From positions 23,755-87,754 of the forward strand of contig CAWBDF010000008.1 in the NCBI GenBank assembly GCA_963787485.1: 64,000 bases of DNA. The letters run 5' to 3'. Source of the stretch: an uncultured Acidimicrobiaceae bacterium. GTDB lineage: Bacteria; Actinomycetota; Acidimicrobiia; Acidimicrobiales; RAAP-2. Both the position numbers and the translations under genes were made by a program. A model generated the notes under the pieces. That model was not told the origin of the DNA. It did not search any database and saw only the letters and a list, made by a program, of their open reading frames with translations. Positions 1 through 9,189 of the stretch are shown here, in pieces; the first letter of the stretch is position 1, and the number at the start of each line of letters is the position of its first letter.

Positions 1-501
1 CGCGGTGCCCCCGTCGAGGGTGGCCGCCATCTTGAGCACCACCCAGGGGCGACCGGTGCTCCGATGCTTGAGGTACGGCGCCAGCTGCTCGGTGACCTCG
101 TCGGCCGCCACGCCGATGGTGACCTCAATTCCCGCCTCACGCAGAGCGGCCACTCCCCGACCCGACACCCGCGGATCGGGGTCGCGGATCCCGACGACGA
201 CCCGTGACACGCCGGCGTCGACGATCGCCTCGGTGCACGGCGGGGTCCGCCCGTGATGGACACACGGCTCGAGCGTGACGTAGAGCGTCGCCCCACGAGC
301 GGCTCCCCCCGCCGCGGCGAGGGCCACCACTTCGGCGTGGGGACCGCCCGTCGGTGCCGTGGCCCCTCGGAAGACCCGGCCTTCCAGGTCCTCGGACCGC
401 GGCGGCACGACCACGCAGCCGACCCACGGGTTGGGGGCCGTCGTCGTTCTCACCGTCGCCGCCTGGGCCAGGGCCCGGCGCATGTGCTCCAGGTCGTCCA
501 T
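1..501 (-). CDS. ribD: riboflavin biosynthesis protein RibD (pyrimidine deaminase/reductase); N-terminal part only, gene runs off the left edge
   Basis: Own minus-strand translation from ATG (499-501): MDDLEHMRRALAQAA..APNPWVGCVVV..GGPHAEVVAL..YVTLEPCVHHGRTPPC (CMP/dCMP-deaminase zinc motifs HAE and PCxxC), then RVVVGIRDPDPRVSGRG. Absent from the ORF track because no stop lies in the window. Confidence 0.85.
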   Translation of the reverse strand, partial: MDDLEHMRRALAQAATVRTTTAPNPWVGCVVVPPRSEDLEGRVFRGATAPTGGPHAEVVALAAAGGAARGATLYVTLEPCVHHGRTPPCTEAIVDAGVSRVVVGIRDPDPRVSGRGVAALREAGIEVTIGVAADEVTEQLAPYLKHRSTGRPWVVLKMAATLDGGTA

Positions 502-504
502 CGA

Positions 505-1239
505 TCACGCCCTCGAGCGTGACGCCGCGACCGCCGTGCGGGCCGCCGCCCGGATGGCCTCGGTCGCCTCCCAGGGTCGCGGGTGCCCGAAGATGGCGCT
601 GCCGGCCACCAGGACGTTGGCCCCGGCCACGGCGACGTCGCCCGCGGTCGTGGCGTCAATGCCTCCGTCGACCTCCACGTCGAGCGCCAGCCCGCCCGCG
701 TCGGCGGCGGCGCGCACCTGGGCCACCTTGGGCAGCACCTCGGGCATGAAGCTCTGTCCGCCGAAGCCGGGGAACACGGTCATGCACAACACCAGGTCGA
801 CCTGCCCCAGGTACGGCTCGACCGCTTCGAAAGGGGTGTCGGGGTTGAGGGCCAGGCCGGCCCGCAGTCCCAGGCTGCGCAGGTGGGCCACCAGCTCGTC
901 GGTGGCCCCGACCTCCACGTGCACCGTGCAACCGTCGGCGCCGGCGTCGGCAAACGCGTCGAGATAGCGACCCGGCTCGGTCATCATGAGGTGGCAGTCG
1001 AAGAAGAGCGGAGTGTGGTGGCGGAGCGAGGCCACCACCGGCGGGCCGACGGTGACGTTGGGGACGAAGTGCCCGTCCATGACGTCGACGTGCAGCCAGT
1101 CGGCGGTGGGTGCCACCTCACCCACCTGTTCGGCCAGCATCCCGAAGTCCGCCGACAGCACCGAGGGGGCGATCCGCAGGTCACCGACGCGACCCGGGTC
1201 TCGGGCCTGAGTGACCCCGGCGCGCCGCTGCGGTTCCAC
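505..1239 (-). CDS. rpe: ribulose-phosphate 3-epimerase
   Basis: Track ORF 505-1269: RIAPSVLSADFGML..HVDVMDGHFVPN..GGQSFMPE..VDGGI. Start placed at in-frame GTG 1239, just after the tam stop; GTG 1269 is the alternative. Confidence 0.9.
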   Translation of the reverse strand: MEPQRRAGVTQARDPGRVGDLRIAPSVLSADFGMLAEQVGEVAPTADWLHVDVMDGHFVPNVTVGPPVVASLRHHTPLFFDCHLMMTEPGRYLDAFADAGADGCTVHVEVGATDELVAHLRSLGLRAGLALNPDTPFEAVEPYLGQVDLVLCMTVFPGFGGQSFMPEVLPKVAQVRAAADAGGLALDVEVDGGIDATTAGDVAVAGANVLVAGSAIFGHPRPWEATEAIRAAARTAVAASRSRA

Positions 1240-1247
1240 GCCGTCCC

Positions 1248-2054
1248 TCAGCTGAAGCGCGCCCAGCACAGAATGCGCCGGAACCCGTAGAAGTACGGCT
1301 CACGCTCGCCGAGCTCCTCTACGAGGCGTTCGCGGTAGCGCTCGACGAACTGGTCGAAGAGCCCGGGGTCCAGGCGCTTCCGGTACGGGGTCAAGAGGGT
1401 GCCCATGACCCACTCGACGACCTCGCTGGTCGACTCGAGCTCGTGGCCGTAGACCTCCATGCGGACCACCTGGTCCTTCGCACCCAACTCGTAGAGCAAG
1501 TCGGCGTAGAGCTCGGGCGACAGCACGAACCTGCCCCGGTCGTCGGGCGCATCCCCGTCGAGGGCGTCGATGAACGGGGCTTCGTTGGCCACGGCGTGCG
1601 CCAGGACGTGTGACGGGTGGCGATAGTTCGCCGGTACCTGGAAGGCCAGCTGCCCGTCGGGGGCCAGCGCCGTCCGCATGCGCGCCAACAGGTTCAAGTG
1701 GTCGTCGACCCATTGCAACGACGCGTTGGCGAAGACCAGATTGAGCCCTTCGCCGAGCCAGGTGGAGATGTCACCCTGGACGAAGGAGAGCCCCGGCACG
1801 TCGGGGTACGACGCGTGAGCGCGGGCGAGCATGGTCGGCGACGAGTCGATGCCGACGGTCTCCTTGGCCTGCATCTCCTCGTGGAGGACCCTGGTCAGGT
1901 CGCCCGTCCCGCACCCGAGGTCGACGACGCCCCCGCCGGGGACCGGCTGGCACAGCATCAGGAGGTCGTCGAAGGGCTGCTGACGCTGGGAGCGGAAGCG
2001 CTCGTACTGGTCCGGGCTCCACCCGTCGATCGGAGTCAGTGTCACCGCACTCAT
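1248..2054 (-). CDS. tam: trans-aconitate 2-methyltransferase-like class I SAM-dependent methyltransferase
   Basis: C-terminal 268 codons of track ORF 1248-2858, from ATG 2052-2054: MSAVTLTPIDGWSPDQYERF..VVDLGCGTGDLT..GIDSSPTML..VFANASLQWV..FQVP, which closely parallels E. coli Tam. The upstream part of the ORF is Arg/Pro-rich read-through. Confidence 0.8.
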   Translation of the reverse strand: MSAVTLTPIDGWSPDQYERFRSQRQQPFDDLLMLCQPVPGGGVVDLGCGTGDLTRVLHEEMQAKETVGIDSSPTMLARAHASYPDVPGLSFVQGDISTWLGEGLNLVFANASLQWVDDHLNLLARMRTALAPDGQLAFQVPANYRHPSHVLAHAVANEAPFIDALDGDAPDDRGRFVLSPELYADLLYELGAKDQVVRMEVYGHELESTSEVVEWVMGTLLTPYRKRLDPGLFDQFVERYRERLVEELGEREPYFYGFRRILCWARFS

Positions 2055-2056
2055 GT

Positions 2057-2944
2057 CTAGTCCGTCCCCAGGCGATCCCCGGGCGCGAGGTGCACCCCGC
2101 GCAGCCAGGCGTCGGCTGACATGGGGGAACGGCTCTCGGGCTGCACCCGGCGCAGCTCCACGACGCCGTCGCCGGTCACCACGCGTGGACCGTGCAGCGT
2201 CCCGGGCGCTCGGCCGGCCAGCACGGGATCGGGCGCCGCCGGCGCCGCGTCCAACACGCGCAGGCGCCCGCCGCGGAACGTCGTCCAGGCTCGCTCCAGG
2301 CGGACCACGCGTCGAACGTGCGCCGCCGCTCGGCTCCAGTCGAGGTGCAGGTCCTCGGGCGTGAGCTTGGCGGCCACCGTCGGCTCGCCGACTTGCGGTC
2401 GCGGCGCGGGCAACCCCGCCAGGCCGTCGGCCAGCACGGCGACGAGCAGCGAGCACCCCACGTCCACCAGGCGGGCGCGCAACGCGGACAACGCGACCTG
2501 GTCGTCGAGCGGCACCGAACGCGACGTGTAGACCGGGCCGGTGTCGAGGCCCTCGTCGATCTTCATCAGGCACACGCCGGTCTCGGAGTCGCCGGCGAGG
2601 ATGGCGCGTTCGACCGGCGCGGCGCCGCGCCACCGTGGCAGCAGTGAGAAGTGCAGGTTGACCATGAGGAGGTCTTCCAACAGGCGCGAGGGGATGATTC
2701 GCCCGTAGGCCACGACCACGGCGAGGTCCGCGTGGACGTCGGACACCTGGTCCAGGTCGTCGGTGACGGGGATCCCCAGCTCGGTCGCGGCCTCCTTGAC
2801 CGGGCTCGGCGTTGCCTTTCCGCCGCGGCCGCGGCGCCGGTCCGGCCGGGTGACGCACAGCGCCACCTCGTGCCCGGCGGTGGCGAGCGCCCGCAGCGGC
2901 GGGACCGCCATCTCGGGGGTGCCGACGTACGCCAAGCGGGCCAT
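2057..2944 (-). CDS. fmt: methionyl-tRNA formyltransferase
   Basis: MARLAYVGTPEMAVPPL..VTRPDRRRGRG..NLHFSLLPRWRGAAPVERAIL..TGVCLMKIDEGLDTGPV. ATG at 2942-2944, in frame within track ORF 2057-3055. Confidence 0.92.
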   Translation of the reverse strand: MARLAYVGTPEMAVPPLRALATAGHEVALCVTRPDRRRGRGGKATPSPVKEAATELGIPVTDDLDQVSDVHADLAVVVAYGRIIPSRLLEDLLMVNLHFSLLPRWRGAAPVERAILAGDSETGVCLMKIDEGLDTGPVYTSRSVPLDDQVALSALRARLVDVGCSLLVAVLADGLAGLPAPRPQVGEPTVAAKLTPEDLHLDWSRAAAHVRRVVRLERAWTTFRGGRLRVLDAAPAAPDPVLAGRAPGTLHGPRVVTGDGVVELRRVQPESRSPMSADAWLRGVHLAPGDRLGTD

Positions 2945-2954
2945 CGAGCGCGAC

Positions 2955-3488
2955 TCAGCGCGTGAAGAGACCGGCCAGCCCGTCCGGGTCGGACGAGGAC
3001 AGGTCCAGCGTGCGCTGGCGCAGGATCTTGAGCGCTTCTTTGCGCTGTTCCTCATCGAGATGCTCCATCAAGAGGATGCCGTCGAGGTGGTCCAGCTCGT
3101 GCTGGAAGACGCGCCCCTCAATCTCGGAGGCTTCGACCGACACCTCGTTGCCGTCGAGGTCCAGCCCCACCAGGTGCACCTCGTTGGGACGCACGATCTC
3201 CCAGCTGAGCCCCGGCACCGAGAGGCAGCCCTCCTCGTAGACCCACTCTCCGGTGCTCTCCACGATGCGGGGGTTGATCACGACACGCACGCCCTCGCCG
3301 ATGTCGTAGACGAAGACGCGTTTTTGCACCCCGATCTGGTTGGCCGCCAGCCCCATGCCGGGCGCGGCGTACATGGTCTCGACCATGGAGTCGACCAGGT
3401 TCGCGACGGCGGCGTCGATCTCCTCGACCTCGCGGGTGCGCTCCTTGAGCACCGGGTCGCCGTACTGGCGAATGATCAGCGCAGGCAT
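2955..3488 (-). CDS. def: peptide deformylase
   Basis: Track ORF 177 aa with all three PDF motifs: GMGLAANQIG, EGCLSVPG, HELDHLDG. Confidence 0.96.
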   Translation of the reverse strand: MPALIIRQYGDPVLKERTREVEEIDAAVANLVDSMVETMYAAPGMGLAANQIGVQKRVFVYDIGEGVRVVINPRIVESTGEWVYEEGCLSVPGLSWEIVRPNEVHLVGLDLDGNEVSVEASEIEGRVFQHELDHLDGILLMEHLDEEQRKEALKILRQRTLDLSSSDPDGLAGLFTR

Positions 3489-3536
3489 TAACCCATTCTA
3501 CCGGCGCCGCATCGCGTCGCTCTTCGGGGAGGCAGG

Positions 3537-5400
3537 TCACAACGACACCGGGTCGACCTCGACGCGCAGCCCGCGCCCCGGCGGACGTGGCGTGCGGGCC
3601 AGGAGGTCACACAGCGGGCCATGCGCCGGAGCCTCGACGAGCGTGCGTCCGTCACCCAGGGGCGTGATCGTGATCGAACCGCCGTCCTCGAGCTCGGAGG
3701 CCGTGCCGGCCGCACCTCGGAGAGCATCGGCGTAGTCGGGCGCCAGGGCTCCCGAGAGCAGCGCCAACGCACGGAACGGTGGCAGCGCGGCCTCGCGCCG
3801 CAGCGCGAGCTCGGCGTCGAGCACCGGCCCTGGCTCGCCACGGGCGGCCGCCTGGAGCACCGGATGGTGTGGCACACGCGTCTGCACCAGGACCCGGGCT
3901 GCGGGCGGACCGACACCTCGGGGTCCCACCAGCCTCCCAGCGCGCACCAGAAGGGCCAGCGTCTCCTGGGTCGCCGAGAGGCGGGGTGCCAAGAGGTGCA
4001 GGTCGATGTCCAAGAACGCCACGGCTCGGGCGCTTCGTACCCGGTGCAACACCGCCTCGGTGCCCACCACGACCGCGGTGTCGGGCACGACTGGTTCCTG
4101 GCCGCCCGTCCCGACCGGGCCGGCCACCTCGCCCACCTCCACACCGAGCAACGCGGCCAGCTCCTCGCGCAGGCGGCTGACGCCGGCGCGCAACGTCTTC
4201 ATGCGGAGCCGGCCGCAGGCCGCGCACACGACCGGCCGGGTCTCGCCACACCGGGGACACCGCAGGACCGGGCCCTCGGACACGCGCTCGGGCCGGGGCG
4301 CGGGCGGGCGCGGCCGCGGCGACGTCCGAACGCGTCGTCGCGGCGCCACAGCGGGTGCACCTCGCCAGCTCGCCGCAGTGGACGCAAGCCAGCAGTCGGG
4401 CACCGCCCTTGCGGTTGTAGACGCAGACCAGTCGTCCGGTGGCCCCGGCGTCCGTGGCGGCCAGCACGGTGCGCGCCAGGCGGACGAGCTCCTCCGAGAA
4501 GAGCCCCGTGCGCGGATCACCGCCACGGCGGTCCACCAGTTGGAGCGCCGGCCAACCGGACCGCTCCGCGTGCACGGTGAGCGCGCTCGTGCGCACGGTC
4601 GGGTGAGCGGCCAGCGCCAGCGGCGGGATCGGGGAGGCCACTACGCAGGGTACGGCCTCTCGTCGCGCCCGCTCGACGAGGACCTCGAGGGCGTGGTAGG
4701 TGGGCGCGCGTTCTTCGACGTACGCGGCATCGTGGGCGTCGAGCACGACGGCCGCCGCGAGGCGCGGCACCGGGCTCCAGGCGCCGGTCCGGCTGCCGAC
4801 GACGACGGGCCACCCGGCGCGGGCTTCCTCCCAGGTGCCGCCGGCCGGGCAGCCCCGGCGTTCGAGACGGACCCGCAGCCGCTCGGCCCAACCCACCGAG
4901 GGGACCAGCACGACGGTGCTCCCGCCTCGGGCCCGAACGGCAGTGTCGTCCACCACCGCCAGCACCAGATGGATGAGGTCGGTGGCGGGAGGGAGACGCA
5001 CGACCAGGGGCCCGGGTTGGGCCAGGTCGAGCTCCATTCCGAGACCCAGGTCGACCTGCGTGGCGGCGGGCTCGTCGGGCGGGTGCGGCAGGGTCCGCAC
5101 GATGGTGTCGGGAGACGCCGAGGCCAAGAAGGACGCCTCCGGACCGGCCCAGCGCCAGGCGGCCCAGCGCGCCATCTCGACCACGGCCGGTGGTGGGCCC
5201 CAACCCAGCCAGGACTTGGCCTCCCGCAGCTCGACCCCCTGCGGTGGCGACGGCTCGACGTCAACGACCCAGCCGCGCACGGTCCGGCCGTGCAAGGGCA
5301 CGCGGACGCGGGTTCCCACCTGCACGTCGTACGACCACCGCACCGGAATGGCGTAGTCGAAGTCCCTGGCCAACGCCTCGACGTCCGTGCGCACCCTCAC
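3537..5400 (-). CDS. priA: primosomal protein N' (PriA), reading frame interrupted by an apparent 1-nt insertion near 4274-4342
   Basis: The N-terminal part in frame of ORF 3652-5400 (VRVRTDVEALARDFDYAIP..VPLHGRTVRGWVV..LACVHCGELARCTRCGAA) continues in frame of ORF 3537-4526 (GPVLRCPRCGETRPVVCAACG..TLRAGVSRLREEL..). Together these form the PriA Cys-rich zinc module and C-terminal domain. Confidence 0.8.
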
Positions 5401-5437
5401 GGTGCGCGCGTCGGGCGTCAGGAGAGGGCCCGGATGC

Positions 5438-6628
5438 TCAGAGTCCGAGCGCGGACCGCAGATCGTCCACCCTCGGGGTGGCCTCCCACGTGAACTCCTT
5501 CTCGGGGCGCCCGAAGTGCCCGTACGCCGCCGTCTTCTTGTAGATGGGCCGCCGCAGGTCGAGATCGCGGATGATGGCGGCCGGACGGAGGTCGAAGAGC
5601 TCGCGCACGGCGTCGGCGATCCGCTCGGGAGCGACGGTCTCGGTCCCGAAGGTCTCCACCAGCAACGAGACCGGCTGGGCCACGCCGATGGCGTAGGCCA
5701 CCTGCACCTCGCATCGCCGTGCCGCGCCGCAGGCCACCACGTGCTTGGCCACCCAGCGCGCCGCGTAGGCGGCCGAACGGTCGACCTTGGAAGGGTCCTT
5801 GCCCGAGAAGGCGCCTCCGCCGTGGCGTGCCATTCCTCCGTAGGTGTCCACGATGATCTTTCGACCCGTGAGCCCGGTGTCGGCGTGGGGGCCGCCGAGC
5901 TCGAAGATGCCGGTCGGGTTCACGAAGACGCGGAGCCCCTCGGTGTCGAGGTCGGTGGGCAGCAAGGGAGTGATGACGTGCTCGAGCAGGTCGGGCTTCA
6001 GTTGCTCGTCGAGGTCGATCCCACCGGCGTGCTGGGTCGAGATCAGCACGGTTTCGATGCGCACCGGACGGCCGTCCTCGTAGACCACCGACACCTGGGT
6101 CTTCCCGTCGGGCCTCAGGTAGGGCACGGCGCCGGCCCGGCGCACCTGGGCGAGACGCTCCGAGAGGCGGTGGGACAGCCAGATGGGCAACGGCATGAGG
6201 TCCGGCGTCTCGTCGCAGGCGTACCCGAACATCATTCCCTGGTCGCCCGCACCCTGGGCGTTGAGTACGTCCTCCCCACCCTTGCCGGTGCGCAACTCGA
6301 AGGCGGCGTCGACCCCCTGGGCGATGTCGGGTGACTGGGCGTCGAGGGTGACCAACACGCCGCAGGTCCTCCCGTTGAAGCCGTAGGTGTCGTCGTCGTA
6401 TCCGATGTCGCACACCGTCCTGCGGACCAGGGCCGGAATGTCGACGTAGGTGGTGGTCGTCACTTCGCCCGCGACGACCACCAACCCGGTGGTCAACAGG
6501 GTCTCGCAGGCCACGCGGCTGGCGGGATCACCCTCGAGCAGGCCGTCGAGCACGGCGTCGGAGATCTGGTCGGCCATCTTGTCCGGGTGGCCCTCGGTCA
6601 CCGATTCCGAGGTGAAGGTCGTTCTCAC
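5438..6628 (-). CDS. metK: S-adenosylmethionine synthetase
   Basis: 396 aa: [57 protein letters not shown] start overlaps the coaBC stop (GTGA). Confidence 0.97.
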   Translation of the reverse strand: MRTTFTSESVTEGHPDKMADQISDAVLDGLLEGDPASRVACETLLTTGLVVVAGEVTTTTYVDIPALVRRTVCDIGYDDDTYGFNGRTCGVLVTLDAQSPDIAQGVDAAFELRTGKGGEDVLNAQGAGDQGMMFGYACDETPDLMPLPIWLSHRLSERLAQVRRAGAVPYLRPDGKTQVSVVYEDGRPVRIETVLISTQHAGGIDLDEQLKPDLLEHVITPLLPTDLDTEGLRVFVNPTGIFELGGPHADTGLTGRKIIVDTYGGMARHGGGAFSGKDPSKVDRSAAYAARWVAKHVVACGAARRCEVQVAYAIGVAQPVSLLVETFGTETVAPERIADAVRELFDLRPAAIIRDLDLRRPIYKKTAAYGHFGRPEKEFTWEATPRVDDLRSALGL

Positions 6629-7851
6629 GTGGCGCTCCGCATCTCTTGTCGTCGGGCGACCACCCTATCCAACAGCATTTCGGCCACCTGCCCTTTCGAG
6701 GTCAGCGGGACGTCGGTGGCTCGTCCGTCCGAGGCCAGGATCACCACCGCGTTCGTATCGGTGTCGAACCCGACGCCCGGCGTGCTGACGTCGTTCACCA
6801 CCAGCAGGTCCACGCCCTTGCGGGCCAATTTGCGACGACCCCGTGCGAGCACGTCATGGGTCTCGGCGGCGAAGCCGACCAGCACCTGCCCCTCGGCGCG
6901 TCGCGCCACCAATCCGGCCAGGACGTCCGGCGTCGGCTCGAGCACGACCTCGGGGACGCCGTCCTCCCTGGACAGCTTGGACCCGGCCGCCTGCTTGGGC
7001 CGGAAGTCCGCCACGGCGGCGGCCATGATCACGACGTCGGCGCTCCGCGCGGCGGCCCCCATCGCCCGCTCGACGTCGGCCGCCGTCTCCACGTCCACCC
7101 GAGTGACGGCCGGGGCCACGTCGAGCGGAAGGTCCAGCGACGAACTGGTCACCAACGTGACCTGAGCCCCCCGGCGCGCCGCGGCGACCGCCACGGCATG
7201 GCCCTGTTTCCCCGAGGAGCGGTTGGTCAGGACCCGCACCGGGTCGATCGGCTCGCGTGTCCCGCCCGCGCTCACGACCACACGAACCCCAGCCAGGTCG
7301 GCTCGCGGTGGTGTCGCCAGCTGACGCAGGACGTGCTCGACGATCACGGCAGGATCGGCCAGTCGACCCTCACCGGAATCCCCGCCGGCCAGGCGGCCCG
7401 ACTCGGGCGGCACGACGACAACGCCCCGGCGCTCCAGGAGCGCCAGGTTGTCACGAACCGACGGGTGCTCCCACATCTCGGTGTGCATGGCGGGACACAC
7501 CACGACCGGCGCACGCGTGGCGAGCAGCGTGGCCGCCAGGAGGTCGTCGGCCAACCCGGAGGCGTAACGGGCGATGGTGTGCGCGGTCGCCGGAGCCACG
7601 ACGATCAGGTCGGCAGACTGCCCGAGGGTCGTATGGGGGATGGGGGATCGCTCCGCCCACAACGTCCGCTGGGCCGGTTCCGAGGCCAGTGCGGAGAACG
7701 TGACGGCGCCGACGAAGCGCTCCGCGTCCTCGGTGAGCAGCGGGACCACGTGCACGCCGGCGTCGACCAGCCTCCGGCAGACCTCGACGGCCTTGTAGGC
7801 CGCAATGCCGCCACAGACTCCGAGGACGACCCTTGGGCGGGGGCCCGACAT
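6625..7851 (-). CDS. coaBC: bifunctional phosphopantothenoylcysteine decarboxylase / phosphopantothenate-cysteine ligase
   Basis: From ATG 7849-7851: [75 protein letters not shown] is 8 nt upstream of the ATG. Confidence 0.92.
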   Translation of the reverse strand: MSGPRPRVVLGVCGGIAAYKAVEVCRRLVDAGVHVVPLLTEDAERFVGAVTFSALASEPAQRTLWAERSPIPHTTLGQSADLIVVAPATAHTIARYASGLADDLLAATLLATRAPVVVCPAMHTEMWEHPSVRDNLALLERRGVVVVPPESGRLAGGDSGEGRLADPAVIVEHVLRQLATPPRADLAGVRVVVSAGGTREPIDPVRVLTNRSSGKQGHAVAVAAARRGAQVTLVTSSSLDLPLDVAPAVTRVDVETAADVERAMGAAARSADVVIMAAAVADFRPKQAAGSKLSREDGVPEVVLEPTPDVLAGLVARRAEGQVLVGFAAETHDVLARGRRKLARKGVDLLVVNDVSTPGVGFDTDTNAVVILASDGRATDVPLTSKGQVAEMLLDRVVARRQEMRSAT

Positions 7852-7876
7852 GTCCGCCGCTCCGCCGCGACCCCGC

Positions 7877-8242
7877 CTAACCGGCGGTCGGGTCCTCGCT
7901 CCCGCCGTCGAGCACTTCGATGACGGGAGCCTCTTCGAGTAGTCCCTCTTCGGCCGCGTCCGCCATGGCGGCGGCGATGGCAGCCTCCTCCTCGGGATCC
8001 GGTCGGCTGAAGGTGGCCTTGCCGGCGGCGATCTCCTCGAAGGCGATCGACACCGGCTTGCCCGAGACCGACGCCACCTGGGGCGGAACGACCTTGCCCA
8101 ACCCGTCCCCCAGGCTGTTGTAGTAGGAGTTGACCTGCCGGGCGCGAGCCGAGCCCAGGGCCACCAGGGTGAACTTCGAGTCGACCTTGTCCAGAAGCTC
8201 CTCAATCGGCGGGTCCATGAGCGTGTGGCGGCCTTGGGCCAT
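7877..8242 (-). CDS. rpoZ: DNA-directed RNA polymerase subunit omega
   Basis: IEELLDKVDSKFTLVALGSARARQVNSYY; synteny gmk-rpoZ-coaBC-metK as in mycobacteria. Confidence 0.9.
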   Translation of the reverse strand: MAQGRHTLMDPPIEELLDKVDSKFTLVALGSARARQVNSYYNSLGDGLGKVVPPQVASVSGKPVSIAFEEIAAGKATFSRPDPEEEAAIAAAMADAAEEGLLEEAPVIEVLDGGSEDPTAG

Positions 8243-8832
8243 CAGAGTTCCTCCGGTCTTGCGGCGCAGGGGGCAGCCGCGTGGGTCCGTTCAACTATAG
8301 CCCCCAGCTCGGTCAGGGCCTGGTCGAGGTCGTCGTTGATCACCGTGTGAGCTGCCACGTTGCGGGCGCGGGCCACTTCGGAGCGGCCCAGTTCCACCCG
8401 GCGCGGAATGTGGGCCTCGTCGTCGCCGCGGGCCGCGAGCCGTTCCTCTTGCACCTCGTCGGACGGAGGAAGGAGCAGGATCACCGTGGCGTCAGGCCGC
8501 CGCGCCAGGACCTGTTCGGCTCCCTGGACGTCGATCTCGAGCAAAACGTCGGCCCCCGGAGGTGGGTCGGGGACGGGGGTGCCCATGAGCTGGCCGAGGA
8601 ATTCCGCCCATTCGAAGAAGTGGCCCTCATGGATCGCCTCTTCGAAGGTGGCCCGGTCGACGAAGACGTAGGCGCCGCGCTCGCGCTCACCGAGGCGGGG
8701 CTGGCGGGTGGTCCAGCTCCTGCTCAGCCACAAGGTGGGGTCACGGGCCACGAGCTCCGCGGCCAAGGTGCCCTTTCCGGCCCCACCCGGGCCGATGAGG
8801 ACGAACAGGCGCGGTTCGGGGTCAGCGCGCAG
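8242..8832 (-). CDS. gmk: guanylate kinase (start codon uncertain; P-loop lies upstream of the track ORF start)
   Basis: Track ORF 8242-8766 starts at a TTG inside the P-loop. Own translation upstream in frame gives ..RLRADPEPRLFVLIGPGGAGKGTLAAELV.. then SRSWTTRQPRLGE..GAYVF..EWAEF. No ATG/GTG/TTG lies between the in-frame stop and the P-loop; CTG at 8832-8830 is the only near-canonical candidate. Confidence 0.85.
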   Translation of the reverse strand: MRADPEPRLFVLIGPGGAGKGTLAAELVARDPTLWLSRSWTTRQPRLGERERGAYVFVDRATFEEAIHEGHFFEWAEFLGQLMGTPVPDPPPGADVLLEIDVQGAEQVLARRPDATVILLLPPSDEVQEERLAARGDDEAHIPRRVELGRSEVARARNVAAHTVINDDLDQALTELGAIVERTHAAAPCAARPEEL

Positions 8833-9139
8833 TCTCTTTGAGCAGCGCCTCGCGCTGCTTGGCGCCGAGACCCTGCAGACGCCGGGAATCGCTGATGCCG
8901 ACCGTCTCCATCATGCGGCGAGCCTTGACCTTTCCGAGACCGGGCAGCGACTCGAGCACCGAGACGACCTTCATCTTGCCGATGGTCTCGTTGGAGTCGG
9001 CCTGCGCCAGGAGCTCCGCCAGGGACAGGGTGCCCATCTTGAGCTTGTCCTTGACCTCTGCCCGCTCGCGGCGGACCTTGGCGGCCTTTTCGAGTGCAGC
9101 GGCGCGCTGCTCTGGAGTCAATGCGGGAGGTTGCGGCAT
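8822..9139 (-). CDS. mihF: integration host factor MihF
   Basis: From ATG 9137-9139: MPQPPALTPEQRAAALEKAAKVRRERAEVKDKLK..IGKMKVVSVLESLPGLGKVKARRMME..RRLQGLGAKQREALL. Strong resemblance to mycobacterial mIHF. Confidence 0.88.
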   Translation of the reverse strand: MPQPPALTPEQRAAALEKAAKVRRERAEVKDKLKMGTLSLAELLAQADSNETIGKMKVVSVLESLPGLGKVKARRMMETVGISDSRRLQGLGAKQREALLKETAR

Positions 9140-9145
9140 GGCGAG

Positions 9146-9151
9146 ACCATA
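9146..9151 (-). promoter_or_regulatory. candidate -10 hexamer TATGGT, 6 nt upstream of the mihF ATG (leaderless-type)
   Basis: Minus strand reads gcgcTATGGTctcgccATG. The TANNNT form and the 6-nt spacer put the predicted TSS on the A of the ATG. Confidence 0.4.
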
Positions 9152-9189
9152 GCGCCTCGGCCAGGGCCTTTCACGCCCGTTTGCCCATT

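Noticed and set aside
1248-2858. Very long N-terminal extensions in track ORFs. Examples are 1248-2858, 6625-8205, 14239-16521, 15336-16973, 18682-19605, 19223-20587, 28161-29450, 29200-31149, 51161-52456 and 59685-61883.
   Set aside because: The conserved protein begins at an internal ATG/GTG/TTG that coincides with the upstream gene's stop (often a 4-nt overlap). The extension overlaps the upstream gene out of frame and is Arg/Pro-rich. These were trimmed to the internal starts.
4006-5493. 495-aa plus-strand ORF antisense to priA. Similar long antisense ORFs occur at 10961-12895 (antisense carB), 43570-45765 (antisense dnaE), 58121-60163 (antisense murC/murG) and 29032-30072 (antisense tyrS).
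   Set aside because: The translations are Arg/Gly/Pro/His-rich low-complexity with no recognisable motifs. They lie opposite genes with unambiguous homology. Stop-codon depletion in very GC-rich DNA readily produces such shadow ORFs.
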